IMG/VR virus record: IMGVR_UViG_651703002_000001
Span: 1 to 64,000 of that record
Origin: a virus
Lineage: Duplodnaviria; Caudoviricetes
Reading direction: 5' to 3' (one strand)
Length of the DNA stretch: 64,000 nucleotides
In this document: positions 19,273 to 28,806 of the stretch, in pieces
How positions within the stretch are numbered: position 1 is the first letter of the stretch
Layout of the letters: every line of letters starts with the position of its first letter
The notes under the pieces: model-generated
Seen by the model: only the letters and a program-made list of their open reading frames with translations
The model's database searches: none
What the model was told of the DNA's origin: nothing
Program-made: the position numbers and the translations under genes

Positions 19273-19965
19273 TTAGGTCAAGCTAGAAGCTTTATTCATG
19301 GAAATAACATAAGTTACATTCGGGCATGTAAATTGAGCGGCACCGCGAATACATTTGATTGTGGTATCACCTTCAAGGAAAGTCATATGCTTCATATCAA
19401 AACGCATATCAAATTCACCAGCATAATCAGTATCGGAAATAACTATATCGAACTGGTTACTTTCTTGGTCTGAAATACCACCAGATTTATCTACATAGAA
19501 AAGTCGAGCAACGATTTTACCATCTTCTTTGATAAACTTCAACATATTCAATTTCAAAGTAGATGACATAGCCTGCAAGCGGGACAGATCATCCGATTTA
19601 AGTTGAAACTCAACTTGTGGGGCAGGAAATACGATTGGTTTCTTTGGATATACAATCTTACTTTCAGGACTCATGATCAGGGTTGCTTTAGCGCCAGATT
19701 CGTGTTTCAGGTTAAGCTTGAGATCATCTTCGCCCGAATCTACAGACATTTCAACTTCACCCTTGAAGTTGTTAAGAACACCCAACATCTGATCCATAGC
19801 ATACAGACAAATTTTCTGTTCGAAGGTATCCTCTACAGTAGCTTCGGCATAGATGTTACCATCAGCGGTTCGGGTATTAATAAAATTACCCGGTTGAATC
19901 AAGATAGAAGGATTGATAGAAGAAAAAAGTTTCAGGATATCAATGGTGGATTTGTTGATTTTCAT
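19273..19965 (-). CDS. 45: Sliding clamp gp45
   Basis: MKINKSTIDILKLFSSINPSI...IYAEA, IVYPKKPIVFP. Confidence 0.92.
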   Translation of the reverse strand: MKINKSTIDILKLFSSINPSILIQPGNFINTRTADGNIYAEATVEDTFEQKICLYAMDQMLGVLNNFKGEVEMSVDSGEDDLKLNLKHESGAKATLIMSPESKIVYPKKPIVFPAPQVEFQLKSDDLSRLQAMSSTLKLNMLKFIKEDGKIVARLFYVDKSGGISDQESNQFDIVISDTDYAGEFDMRFDMKHMTFLEGDTTIKCIRGAAQFTCPNVTYVISMNKASSLT

Positions 19966-20037
19966 TACTCATATTACCTTTTGGTTAGATTTTTTGGAAT
20001 GCATCCCAATATGGATGACGCCCATTCATGATTTTAA

Positions 20038-20172
20038 TTAATTCTTCAGGTTGAAATCGTTGTTGCATACTTCAATAGGAACAACAAATTCAACAGGTTC
20101 CTCAGATACTTTATTAGTTAATACCCAGAGGTTTTTAGCCTCTGGATACACTTCATGTAAATTTTCAAACAT
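20038..20172 (-). CDS. Small hypothetical protein (45.2 position)
   Basis: 44-codon ORF MFENLHEVYPEAK... whose start overlaps the gp46 stop. Confidence 0.4.
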   Translation of the reverse strand: MFENLHEVYPEAKNLWVLTNKVSEEPVEFVVPIEVCNNDFNLKN

Positions 20173-22499
20173 TATTCTCGTTCCATTTCGGTGAAACGAC
20201 CCTTTTTAGTCATTTTTATATGACTGGTAAAGCTATCGTCTCGGTTTTCTACTCTATGGGAAATAATGAAGGTATTACCACCAATCTCGTTTAGTAGACG
20301 ATTCACCGCATATACACCATCGGAATCCATACCACCATCAAAGATTTCATCTAGGATCAACATGGAAATGTTAGTACCAGAAACCATTGACGCGATATAT
20401 CTCCAAGTGAAAAGAAGCGCGATATTAATTCTTGCTTTTTCACCTTGAGAGAATGACATATAAGTGAATTCATCTCTACCACGGGATTTAATAGACTCTT
20501 CAAAAGATTCATTGAGGGAGAATACGTAATCAGCACCGGTTATAGACAGATATTCGTTGATTTTTGAATTGAAAATTGGGATATATCGTTTAACGATTTC
20601 ACCTTTAATCGCATCATCCTTCAACATGTCTTTCATTATACCACAACTGAACTTATCGTTGAACAAGTTTTCCCGTTCTTCCTGTTTAGTGGTGATTATA
20701 GAAACAACTTCGTCAAGACGAGCTGATGTAAAAGTTTTTTCCTTCAAACTATCAACAACGGATTTAATTTGCTTTGCCATTTCCGAGTTTTCGGAGATAG
20801 ATTTTTCCTCAGACTTAATAGAATGAGTTATAGCAGCCCTTCGAAGTTTGAGGTCTTCAACCAGTCTATTATGATCTGATTTCGCGGCGTTAATCTCGCG
20901 TTCTTTATCCAAATCAATCCTATCAAGTTTTGCTTGGTTTTCACTGATCCGAGTTTTAAGATCGATTACTTCTGATGACTTTGCAGTTTCAAGAGCGGAT
21001 ACTTTTCGGGAAGTTTCTCCGGAAATAGTCTCCAACCTAACCTTAATTTCCGATATCTTATTAGAGATTGAGCTATTGTGTTCTGATATCTCTCTCTGTT
21101 CTTTAAGAACGTCCCCAGATATAGCCTGATTGAATTTCTTTTCTCCATCCGACCACAACATCATCTTTGAATCGAAATCGATTATAGACTGTTCTACAGC
21201 GATTTTGTGGTCATCGCGAGCTTTAGTAGCATCTACATTTTTCTGTTCAGCAACAGAAAGCTTTTTCTCTGCTTCCGCCAAATCTTTACGAATTTCGTCA
21301 ACGTGATCATGACCGTCAGATACATCAGTACCACAGGTAGGACATACCCCGTTATCAAAGTTGGCAAGCGCCTTTTTCTTTTCTGTAATTTCGTATTGAA
21401 TCCGGAAAATTTCTCCTTGAATTTCACTTACGAGATCAGACAGAGACTTATCTTCTTTTATCCGAGTATCAGATGGTTTTTCTACATCAAAAACCTTACC
21501 TTGAATTTTATTAATTCGAGATTTAGTTTCTTCCTCTGAAATAAGACCAGATTTTAATTCTTCAATTTCCTTAACGAAAATCGATTCATCTACAACTTCA
21601 TTCTTTGCAATCTGAATAAGATTATCGTATTTTTCATTAACTAAGTCAAGAGCTTTATTATCAGACTCGATAGAACCTTTTAAAGAAATAGAATCCACTG
21701 AATAGTTAGTTTCTATTGCTTTAATTACTTCATCAATAACCGTAGAATCAATATCAACCAATCCATCAAGTTCGGTATTAAGCTTCTCTATGTTCTCTTT
21801 AGACAATTTAACCCGACTAACTAATGAGCGGATTTGGTTAGATTGATGTTCTATAACATCGTCATTTGATTTCTTTTGTTCTTCAATAGAATTCAAAATA
21901 GATTTACGTTCATTATCCAAACCACCAATTTCAACATCAACCAGATCCATTGCGGTACTAACACGCTTCAGCTCTACGTTGTTTAGCTTATTCATCTGAC
22001 CAAGTACAGACAATTGAAGAAGATCCTCAACCATTGTCCGGCGTTGTTCTGGCTTCAATTCCATGAATGGGGTGTATCCAGCAGTACCCAATACAATCAA
22101 CTGTTTGAAGCTTTCATGGGAAACGTTAAGAATATCCTCTTCCAAAATACGTTGATATTCGGTCGCGCTTGCGGCTTCTGGAATAGGTTCACCATCGATA
22201 GTCTTTGAAACGTTCGGCTTCATACCACGTTCGATATGTACCAATTTATTACCAATAGTGACTTCACCAGATACCAAAAGGTTTTTCTTGTTGATCTGGT
22301 TGATAAGCTGTTCTTTTTTGAGTTTACGATAAGACTTACCATACAGCAAAAAAGAAAGAGCCTCGATCATAGTAGACTTACCAGCACCATTAGTACCGGT
22401 TACTAGTGTCTTTTCAGTTAGGTCTAATTGTACCCGTATCGGGTTACTACCAACCGACATAATATTTTTGTATTCAATATAATTAAATGTAATATTCAT
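20172..22499 (-). CDS. 46: gp46 recombination endonuclease ATPase subunit (Rad50/SbcC-like)
   Basis: GTNGAGKST, CPTC zinc hook, FSQGEKARI, LDEIFD, ISHR. Confidence 0.95.
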   Translation of the reverse strand: MNITFNYIEYKNIMSVGSNPIRVQLDLTEKTLVTGTNGAGKSTMIEALSFLLYGKSYRKLKKEQLINQINKKNLLVSGEVTIGNKLVHIERGMKPNVSKTIDGEPIPEAASATEYQRILEEDILNVSHESFKQLIVLGTAGYTPFMELKPEQRRTMVEDLLQLSVLGQMNKLNNVELKRVSTAMDLVDVEIGGLDNERKSILNSIEEQKKSNDDVIEHQSNQIRSLVSRVKLSKENIEKLNTELDGLVDIDSTVIDEVIKAIETNYSVDSISLKGSIESDNKALDLVNEKYDNLIQIAKNEVVDESIFVKEIEELKSGLISEEETKSRINKIQGKVFDVEKPSDTRIKEDKSLSDLVSEIQGEIFRIQYEITEKKKALANFDNGVCPTCGTDVSDGHDHVDEIRKDLAEAEKKLSVAEQKNVDATKARDDHKIAVEQSIIDFDSKMMLWSDGEKKFNQAISGDVLKEQREISEHNSSISNKISEIKVRLETISGETSRKVSALETAKSSEVIDLKTRISENQAKLDRIDLDKEREINAAKSDHNRLVEDLKLRRAAITHSIKSEEKSISENSEMAKQIKSVVDSLKEKTFTSARLDEVVSIITTKQEERENLFNDKFSCGIMKDMLKDDAIKGEIVKRYIPIFNSKINEYLSITGADYVFSLNESFEESIKSRGRDEFTYMSFSQGEKARINIALLFTWRYIASMVSGTNISMLILDEIFDGGMDSDGVYAVNRLLNEIGGNTFIISHRVENRDDSFTSHIKMTKKGRFTEMERE

Positions 22500-22732
22500 T
22501 TATTAATTACCTTCATAAGTTCATCATCAATATTTGATATCATTTCTTTAATAACTTTGTCATATGAAACATTTAATTTAGAAATATCCGCTATTGATAT
22601 TACGGTAGTATATTCGTATCCATATAAGGTTGCAGATATACGAATATTGTCACCAACTAAAAATATTGATTTATAAGCATCTGGATGCAATCGATCATCC
22701 ATCCAAATAGATATTTTATAAAAGTCTATCAT
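22496..22732 (-). CDS. Hypothetical protein between 47 and 46
   Basis: 78-aa ORF overlapping both neighbours by 4 nt. Confidence 0.6.
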   Translation of the reverse strand: MIDFYKISIWMDDRLHPDAYKSIFLVGDNIRISATLYGYEYTTVISIADISKLNVSYDKVIKEMISNIDDELMKVINK

Positions 22733-23754
22733 ATACTAGATTCCATATATAGACGATTTGCATAATCAAGAACCCTAGATTTTTCTATTGATTCCAAATC
22801 CATCGATTCAATATATTCTGTAATCATCTGGTTTATTTTCTTAATTTCAACTTCGGTATCCGCGCTATCAAGGGAACCACCAAAATCTTCAAGATATTTC
22901 ACACTCAATTTTTCTACAACTTCTTCAAGTGCAACCAATGTGGCATCTAGATTTTTATCAGATTTATCAACAATTAGCATTACACTCTTATTAGCATACA
23001 TACTAACGTCTTTCTTGTCAACTTTATTATAATTGACCTTGACATGCCAAACGGTTTCATTCGGGATCATTTCGATAGATTCATCTTCCGTATCGAATAC
23101 ATAGAATCCTCTAATATCGTTACAATCATTCATTGTAATTGTATATGGAGTACCCAGATAATGAACGTTACCTTTCTTACTAGCGGCGTGATAGTGTCCA
23201 GAGAATGCAGTCTTATAGCCACTCAGGAAGTCCTTAGATTCACCGGACATTGCCGGTATACCTGTGTAGAAGTCAAAGCCCACAAGCTCCCAGTGACCGA
23301 TTGAGTAAGGAGAATCGCTGTTTTTAATAAACTCTCGGATCTGTTCTTTGTTCTCCTTACATTCCCATGGGATCATATCAATCATAACACTACCAACGCT
23401 GATAGTTGTCGGTTCGTTATGTACATGGAAAAGTGGGTCTTTATGGAAATTCTCATGAACAGAGTTAGGCATGATCTTATTTTTGTAATGTAGATCATGG
23501 TTACCCGGAATTAATTCTATTCGGTCGAATGCGTCAGCCAACATAGGTCGAATTTCTTCACGCATAAACCGTTGGGTTTCTTGAGTGATACCACTACGAA
23601 CATCAAACCAGTCCCCAGCTTGAAGAAGGATTTTAATCCCGTTCGCTTTTGCATAATCACACATCTGTTTGAAGAAAGAACGTTGGATCTGTTGGATCCA
23701 TTTACTATCTTTATTTTCGCCTAAGTGAGTATCACCAATCTTGATTGCTTTCAT
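22729..23754 (-). CDS. 47: gp47 recombination nuclease subunit (Mre11/SbcD-like)
   Basis: GDTHLG, GDWFD, GNHD, GHWE, SGHYH phosphoesterase motifs. Confidence 0.95.
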   Translation of the reverse strand: MKAIKIGDTHLGENKDSKWIQQIQRSFFKQMCDYAKANGIKILLQAGDWFDVRSGITQETQRFMREEIRPMLADAFDRIELIPGNHDLHYKNKIMPNSVHENFHKDPLFHVHNEPTTISVGSVMIDMIPWECKENKEQIREFIKNSDSPYSIGHWELVGFDFYTGIPAMSGESKDFLSGYKTAFSGHYHAASKKGNVHYLGTPYTITMNDCNDIRGFYVFDTEDESIEMIPNETVWHVKVNYNKVDKKDVSMYANKSVMLIVDKSDKNLDATLVALEEVVEKLSVKYLEDFGGSLDSADTEVEIKKINQMITEYIESMDLESIEKSRVLDYANRLYMESSI

Positions 23755-23794
23755 TCATTATTCCTCATAAAGGGGCTTTCACCCCTAATCTATT

Positions 23795-24169
23795 TTATAC
23801 AGAACAAACCGGAACAGTCTTACCGGTTGTTCGTGGAACATTATATTGCTGTTGTTCTTGAATTTTAATAGCACCCAAAATAATTTCATCGGTTTGCTTT
23901 TTTGAAGTAATCCAGAGACTATGAAGAGTTTCAGAATCCAGAGGACTTTGTTGACAGATATTACGCAATTTCGTAATAGCATATTTATATCCATCTTCAT
24001 TGCAGGAGATTAGACATTCACGGGAATGTGCTGTGAGTCGGTCAATCTCTTTCTTATTCTTTTTATAATGCTTAGAAGCCATTTTATTAATTGCTTGTTT
24101 TTGTACTTCAGAAAGACTCACTTCGTCATTAGCTTTCACATGCATTTGAATTTCTTGATTATCAGTCAT
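23795..24169 (-). CDS. a-gt.4-like conserved protein
   Basis: KKNKKEIDRLTAH...YKYAITKLR similar to T4 a-gt.4; syntenic. Confidence 0.7.
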   Translation of the reverse strand: MTDNQEIQMHVKANDEVSLSEVQKQAINKMASKHYKKNKKEIDRLTAHSRECLISCNEDGYKYAITKLRNICQQSPLDSETLHSLWITSKKQTDEIILGAIKIQEQQQYNVPRTTGKTVPVCSV

Positions 24170-24177
24170 TTTATGCC

Positions 24178-24391
24178 TTAATTATAATGTTTGTATTCTA
24201 TGTTAATACCATCAACGCACGTAGTGGATATTTTTCCAAATATTACAGTCGGCATCGGATTTTTAGGATTTACAAAATCAAAATCAATAGGGAAACCTGC
24301 CGATTTCATTTCAACCAACATAATATATTGTAGAGCTGAATAGTCGTAATTTGTAATTTCCAACATATCCAATAAATTAAGATTCAGTTTC
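24178..24391 (-). CDS. a-gt.5-like small protein
   Basis: ORF overlapping the end of 55; syntenic position; start uncertain. Confidence 0.5.
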
Positions 24392-24913
24392 ATCTTCGGA
24401 TTCCTCCAAATCATATAACCAATCCAGTTCTCCAATATCTTCGTCTTTATCTTTTTGCTTTTTCTTTACAGATTCCTCATATGAGGAAACTTTATCAACC
24501 AGATCAAGATAAAAATCAGGGTCAACCATTTCTCCCATATCTTCATCGTCTCCATCATAAACACATTCGATGAAGTATCTGTTTTTGGTTGCTTCTTTCT
24601 TTTTCTCTTTCCGTAGTTCATCAAAGAAACAACGGGCGGCAATCATAGTAACATAAGCATGTGCATTGTCAAATTTATTTTCATCAAACTTATGAATCTT
24701 TCTTACTAGGATCTCTTGGGCTTCTGAAACCATATTTTCTTTCCAAACGTCAGTATAACGTCTGAATCTATAATATTCAGTAAGACCATTAACAATGTTC
24801 ATAATAGCCAATCCGAGGCTATCCGACATTTTTTTGGGCGGGTCTTCCGCTCTATCTTTTTTCCACTGAACTATATCAGCGATTAGTTTGTCATTGTCAA
24901 CATATACAGTCAT
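24377..24913 (-). CDS. 55: gp55 late-transcription sigma factor
   Basis: YVDNDKL, LGLAIMNI, FDENKFDNAHAYVT, acidic C-tail LDWLY. Confidence 0.93.
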   Translation of the reverse strand: MTVYVDNDKLIADIVQWKKDRAEDPPKKMSDSLGLAIMNIVNGLTEYYRFRRYTDVWKENMVSEAQEILVRKIHKFDENKFDNAHAYVTMIAARCFFDELRKEKKKEATKNRYFIECVYDGDDEDMGEMVDPDFYLDLVDKVSSYEESVKKKQKDKDEDIGELDWLYDLEESEDETES

Positions 24914-24938
24914 TGCTTAACCTCGTTATCTTTGTCCT

Positions 24939-24949
24939 ATTATAACACA
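24939..24949 (-). promoter_or_regulatory. Extended -10 promoter TGTGT-TATAAT for gene 55
   Basis: Perfect TGTGnTATAAT upstream of GAGG RBS. Confidence 0.6.
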
Positions 24950-24963
24950 AAGACACATGTTCC

Positions 24964-26409
24964 TTATACTTTTCTTCTTGCATTTATCCACTCCCTCACC
25001 TCTACAATATCGCTAGGTTCAAGAATAGAATATTTCTTACCTATCTTTTTTTGATGATAAGATAATGCAGATTGTTCTTTATTATCCAGATCAAACATAG
25101 ACTTGAAACTTTCTTTTCTAATACGAGGAACCGTTTCTTTCTTTCTTGGTTTACTCTCCTTAGTGGAGTCAATCATCAAAGAATAATCTATTTTAGCATC
25201 AGGGAGATATTTATCTTTTAGATAGTTCGCTACCCGTAGATCCGGAACAATAAGACGAACCATCGACATACTTTTGTTATTCCGGATATCTGTACGTAAA
25301 CAAAGCTGGAAAGCAGGTTCTAGATACTTAGACACCAGAAACGCATTTGTAAGGCGATCTACATCAAGACCCTGATTATAACTGAGGGATCTTAATAGTT
25401 CTAATTGCCATGGACTTGGGTTGTATGAGAATAATGCAACGGCGGTCGTAAAGTTCATATAATTGTTCATCCCGTGTGGATTGTATGGGATACGACTTCC
25501 TCCCGACAATGGTCCACGGTAAGAATTTGTTGTGTATATGTAATTTACATTACCAACTATATTCAAGACCCAAATCTTAACTTTATAAAACGTTTCACCT
25601 TCTATCTCGGTATCTGCTGCATACCTAGACCAATTCCCATCATAAACAGGAACAATCTCAATACGTTGTGTATTCTTATAATTTCTAAAATCCAAACGGG
25701 ATACTAACGGACTTTCTACAAACTCCCATCCGGAATATTCCTTTAGTACAGTTCCCGTGAAGGTTTCACTAAAATTAGCACACGCAATTGTTATTTTAGA
25801 AAACATATTCCAAGACTGAGTGCTCATATCTTCAACAAAATAAGCACAATTCTCTTTAACTACTACGGGGATCCCTACCAGTAAAGCCTTAACTAGAGGA
25901 AATACACTATTAGAAACAACGTCTAGATTATACAATCCATCCTTTGCAATATCTTCTAGTTGTTTTCTGTTCTTCTCAATTAGAACCATCCGACCTTTTT
26001 CTGAGATTTCACAGTATTTTGAAACAACTTCAATATTAGTTTTGAACTGTATCTGACGAAGATCTACCATATCAGGTACTTCGTCAATATAAAGTTCATG
26101 ACCCTCAAACATATCAAAATATGGGAAGTTCATTAGTGCTGAGTGAGTAATAAAAATTACTCTATGGTTTCCAATAGCATCTTTAATCGATTCAAAAACA
26201 GATGCCTTTCTTTTTATATTATCAGTATCAATAACAATAGCGTCAGTATATCCAAGAGTCATTGTATAAAAATCGAATGACTGCTTAGACAACTGACAAG
26301 AAATAGAAGCTATGATGGTAGGCTTTTTATTCCTACCAACATGTTTTAAAATCGCTTTAGTTTTACCGCTACCGGGAACTGAGGTTAAAACTTCAACCTT
26401 TAATCCCAT
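24964..26409 (-). CDS. Putative SF2/DEAD-like helicase or ATPase of unknown role
   Basis: N-terminal Walker A PGSGKT, FITH motif Ib-like, IDEVP Walker B, late Q..LR..IR motif VI-like; basic C-tail. Confidence 0.7.
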   Translation of the reverse strand: MGLKVEVLTSVPGSGKTKAILKHVGRNKKPTIIASISCQLSKQSFDFYTMTLGYTDAIVIDTDNIKRKASVFESIKDAIGNHRVIFITHSALMNFPYFDMFEGHELYIDEVPDMVDLRQIQFKTNIEVVSKYCEISEKGRMVLIEKNRKQLEDIAKDGLYNLDVVSNSVFPLVKALLVGIPVVVKENCAYFVEDMSTQSWNMFSKITIACANFSETFTGTVLKEYSGWEFVESPLVSRLDFRNYKNTQRIEIVPVYDGNWSRYAADTEIEGETFYKVKIWVLNIVGNVNYIYTTNSYRGPLSGGSRIPYNPHGMNNYMNFTTAVALFSYNPSPWQLELLRSLSYNQGLDVDRLTNAFLVSKYLEPAFQLCLRTDIRNNKSMSMVRLIVPDLRVANYLKDKYLPDAKIDYSLMIDSTKESKPRKKETVPRIRKESFKSMFDLDNKEQSALSYHQKKIGKKYSILEPSDIVEVREWINARRKV

Positions 26410-26650
26410 TATCTACTCCAAAAACTGATGCATCGTGATATTCAAGTATATACCCAACTGCGATTTCACGCAAGCGGTTTTTATGAATACTGCCTATATG
26501 TGCGGTTTCTCGCTGCATATAATCCACAATGATATCAAGGAATTTAGGAGTAATTTCCCTTTTATTTTCTACACGAACATCAACACTATCTAATATATTC
26601 TTTTTACATAGATTTTGAATACTAATATAATTTTCACGGGTTAGTTTCAT
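26393..26650 (-). CDS. Hypothetical protein
   Basis: 85-aa ORF overlapping neighbours. Confidence 0.6.
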   Translation of the reverse strand: MKLTRENYISIQNLCKKNILDSVDVRVENKREITPKFLDIIVDYMQRETAHIGSIHKNRLREIAVGYILEYHDASVFGVDNGIKG

Positions 26651-27225
26651 TTTACAATTTCCATAAGTTTAAGATCCTGCTTTAGGCCCTTTTCAACTAA
26701 ATTCCAGTAACGATAGCCCATCTTTCTTAGTGCGCTATATAGTTGATCATCTGTTATTTTATTGCTGTTTAGACGTTTAGCATCTTTTATAATTTTATAC
26801 TTGTATCCACGATGGTCTTTATCTATATAGATCAACCCAGCAAACTTAGGTATATCTTCAACAGTCACCATATCTTTTGGTACAATATACCAGAAATAGT
26901 TTAGAAGTCTACCTTTTTCTAGAGCTTCATACTTAGGAAGACACTCATATGAGTATCTTTCTCCATCTTTTGGTAATCTTACAGTTTTTGATGCATCATT
27001 TTTGAAATCTGCAACCGTAAGTTTTATTTCAAATTCATCAACAAATCCCGACTTACGGACCCCCATTAGGTCAGCTTCAAGATCCCATCTATAAAAGCAG
27101 TTAGGGACAATTGGACAATATTTCTTTTGAAGCTTAATAGAGGTCCCAATAATGGCTTGTACCTTAGATTCAGTTAATTCTCCTTTTTCAAAGGGAATAC
27201 TGGTTATTCTTTTAATCATCGCCAT
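26647..27225 (-). CDS. PD-(D/E)xK nuclease-like protein, MmcB-like
   Basis: EADL...EFEIKLTVADFKND...YFWYIVP...AGLIY pattern. Confidence 0.65.
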   Translation of the reverse strand: MAMIKRITSIPFEKGELTESKVQAIIGTSIKLQKKYCPIVPNCFYRWDLEADLMGVRKSGFVDEFEIKLTVADFKNDASKTVRLPKDGERYSYECLPKYEALEKGRLLNYFWYIVPKDMVTVEDIPKFAGLIYIDKDHRGYKYKIIKDAKRLNSNKITDDQLYSALRKMGYRYWNLVEKGLKQDLKLMEIVK

Positions 27226-27493
27226 ATAAATCCTTAAATTGCTTCAAGGAGCCTATATATTGCCCATCAACAAATATACGTGGAAACGAGGTTGGCCTAG
27301 TCTGCATATTTGCTCTTGCTTTACATTCATCGAACTTTTCAAGGATATAATCAAATCCTAATTGGTTATTTGCTTTTTTAAGAACGGGTATGATTTCGTA
27401 ATCATACCCTTTTTCAAAACACAACCTAATAGCAGATATACATCCCGAACATTTCGCAACGTCTTCCGGAATTCCATATATCTCTACTTTCAA
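27212..27493 (-). CDS. nrdH: Glutaredoxin NrdH-like
   Basis: VEIYGIPE..CSGC, SFPRIFVDGQYIG. Confidence 0.85.
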   Translation of the reverse strand: MKVEIYGIPEDVAKCSGCISAIRLCFEKGYDYEIIPVLKKANNQLGFDYILEKFDECKARANMQTRPTSFPRIFVDGQYIGSLKQFKDLYGDD

Positions 27494-27729
27494 AGTTCAC
27501 CTCTCGATACAAAACCCCTACGAAGAGTAGAAAACCAAGATTCAATCTTTTCTAATTCACTAGTATCTGCGGGATTCAATTCTTTAACTTTTTTGATAAT
27601 TGCATCCAATGTATGCAATTCATTTAGTTTAAACGATTTACCATAAAAATAACAAAATACTTGATCGTAAGTTAGACGATCATAATTTAGATTAGGCAAT
27701 ATAACTACGGAACTCATCAAAACCTCCAA
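27490..27729 (-). CDS. Hypothetical protein
   Basis: ORF between nrdC and nrdH. Confidence 0.5.
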   Translation of the reverse strand: MEVLMSSVVILPNLNYDRLTYDQVFCYFYGKSFKLNELHTLDAIIKKVKELNPADTSELEKIESWFSTLRRGFVSRGEL

Positions 27730-27961
27730 TCAACTCATTACCTTTGAAAATCTGTGGCATGGTGAAACCTGTCATTGGAAGGTCTAGAGATTTTCTAAGT
27801 TCACCAAGAGTTTTTTTATTTTCTCTGGATTCTTCGGAAGTTCCTTCTTTAAGAATAGGTTTAAATTCAAAATCAATACCGCGAGATTCAGCCAACATTT
27901 TTGCTTTAATGCATGGCTTACATTTATAATTGTCTGGGTCGAAACCGAAAATAGTAATCAC
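27692..27961 (-). CDS. nrdC: Thioredoxin/glutaredoxin NrdC
   Basis: IFGFD...CKPC, TMPQIF..IGGFDE. Confidence 0.88.
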   Translation of the reverse strand: MITIFGFDPDNYKCKPCIKAKMLAESRGIDFEFKPILKEGTSEESRENKKTLGELRKSLDLPMTGFTMPQIFKGNELIGGFDEFRSYIA

Positions 27962-27971
27962 TTATTTTTCC

Positions 27972-28334
27972 TTATAGAGAAGCTGTAAAAGTACGAGAAA
28001 CAACATCGCGTTGTTGTTCTGGGGTTAGAGAATTAAATCTAACGGCATAACCAGATACTCGAATTGTCAATTGTGGGTATTTTTCTGGAAATTTAATTGC
28101 ATCTTCTAAAGTTTCTTTATTCAAGACATTTACATTTAAATGTTGACCCCCTTCAACCAAAGGAACTTGTTCAACATTAACTGATACCATATTATCAGGT
28201 TCGTACTCTTTAAAATATTCTACATTAATTTTTACGCCTTCCAATGATGGATCGCTCTTACAAATAGAAATAACTCCGAATACATCATCTTCAGTCAATA
28301 TTACAATATCGTTGTCGTAAATATAACCTTTCAT
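27972..28334 (-). CDS. grcA: Autonomous glycyl radical cofactor GrcA (T4 vs.6-like)
   Basis: [11 protein letters not shown]...[29 protein letters not shown]. Confidence 0.95.
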   Translation of the reverse strand: MKGYIYDNDIVILTEDDVFGVISICKSDPSLEGVKINVEYFKEYEPDNMVSVNVEQVPLVEGGQHLNVNVLNKETLEDAIKFPEKYPQLTIRVSGYAVRFNSLTPEQQRDVVSRTFTASL

Positions 28335-28335
28335 T

Positions 28336-28806
28336 TTATACCTCTTTAAGAAAATGAATTATTTGATTGGATGAACCTCTCCATATGAGATAGATATCTT
28401 TTTTATCTTCATCGAATTTACCATCGATCAATACATCCACGTAATCAAGTATACCACACATCAAGGGATCCTGAATACATTGGGCTTTGGTGTACCCAGT
28501 CCATAACCATACAGTTTTATTTGGGAAATTAGACTTAAACCATACAAGAAAATCATGAAGCCCTTGTCGATTTTTTATGAACATAGGATCGCCGCCGAGA
28601 AGAGATATCCCGTCTCGGTTAACCTTACTATCTGTCATATCACGTTCAACCATGGGTTTAATGTCTATAAATCTCCCATTATCATATGACCATGTGTGTT
28701 TAGAAAAACATCCCTTACACATATGGTCACATCCGGAAAACCAAATACTCGAACGGGTTCCAAACCCGTTCGACATATCAGTTTTTTTATAGTCTAAAAT
28801 CTTCAT
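28336..28806 (-). CDS. nrdG: Anaerobic RNR activase NrdG
   Basis: Radical SAM CxxxCxxC (CDHMCKGC), GGDP, WRGSSNQ. Confidence 0.95.
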   Translation of the reverse strand: MKILDYKKTDMSNGFGTRSSIWFSGCDHMCKGCFSKHTWSYDNGRFIDIKPMVERDMTDSKVNRDGISLLGGDPMFIKNRQGLHDFLVWFKSNFPNKTVWLWTGYTKAQCIQDPLMCGILDYVDVLIDGKFDEDKKDIYLIWRGSSNQIIHFLKEV

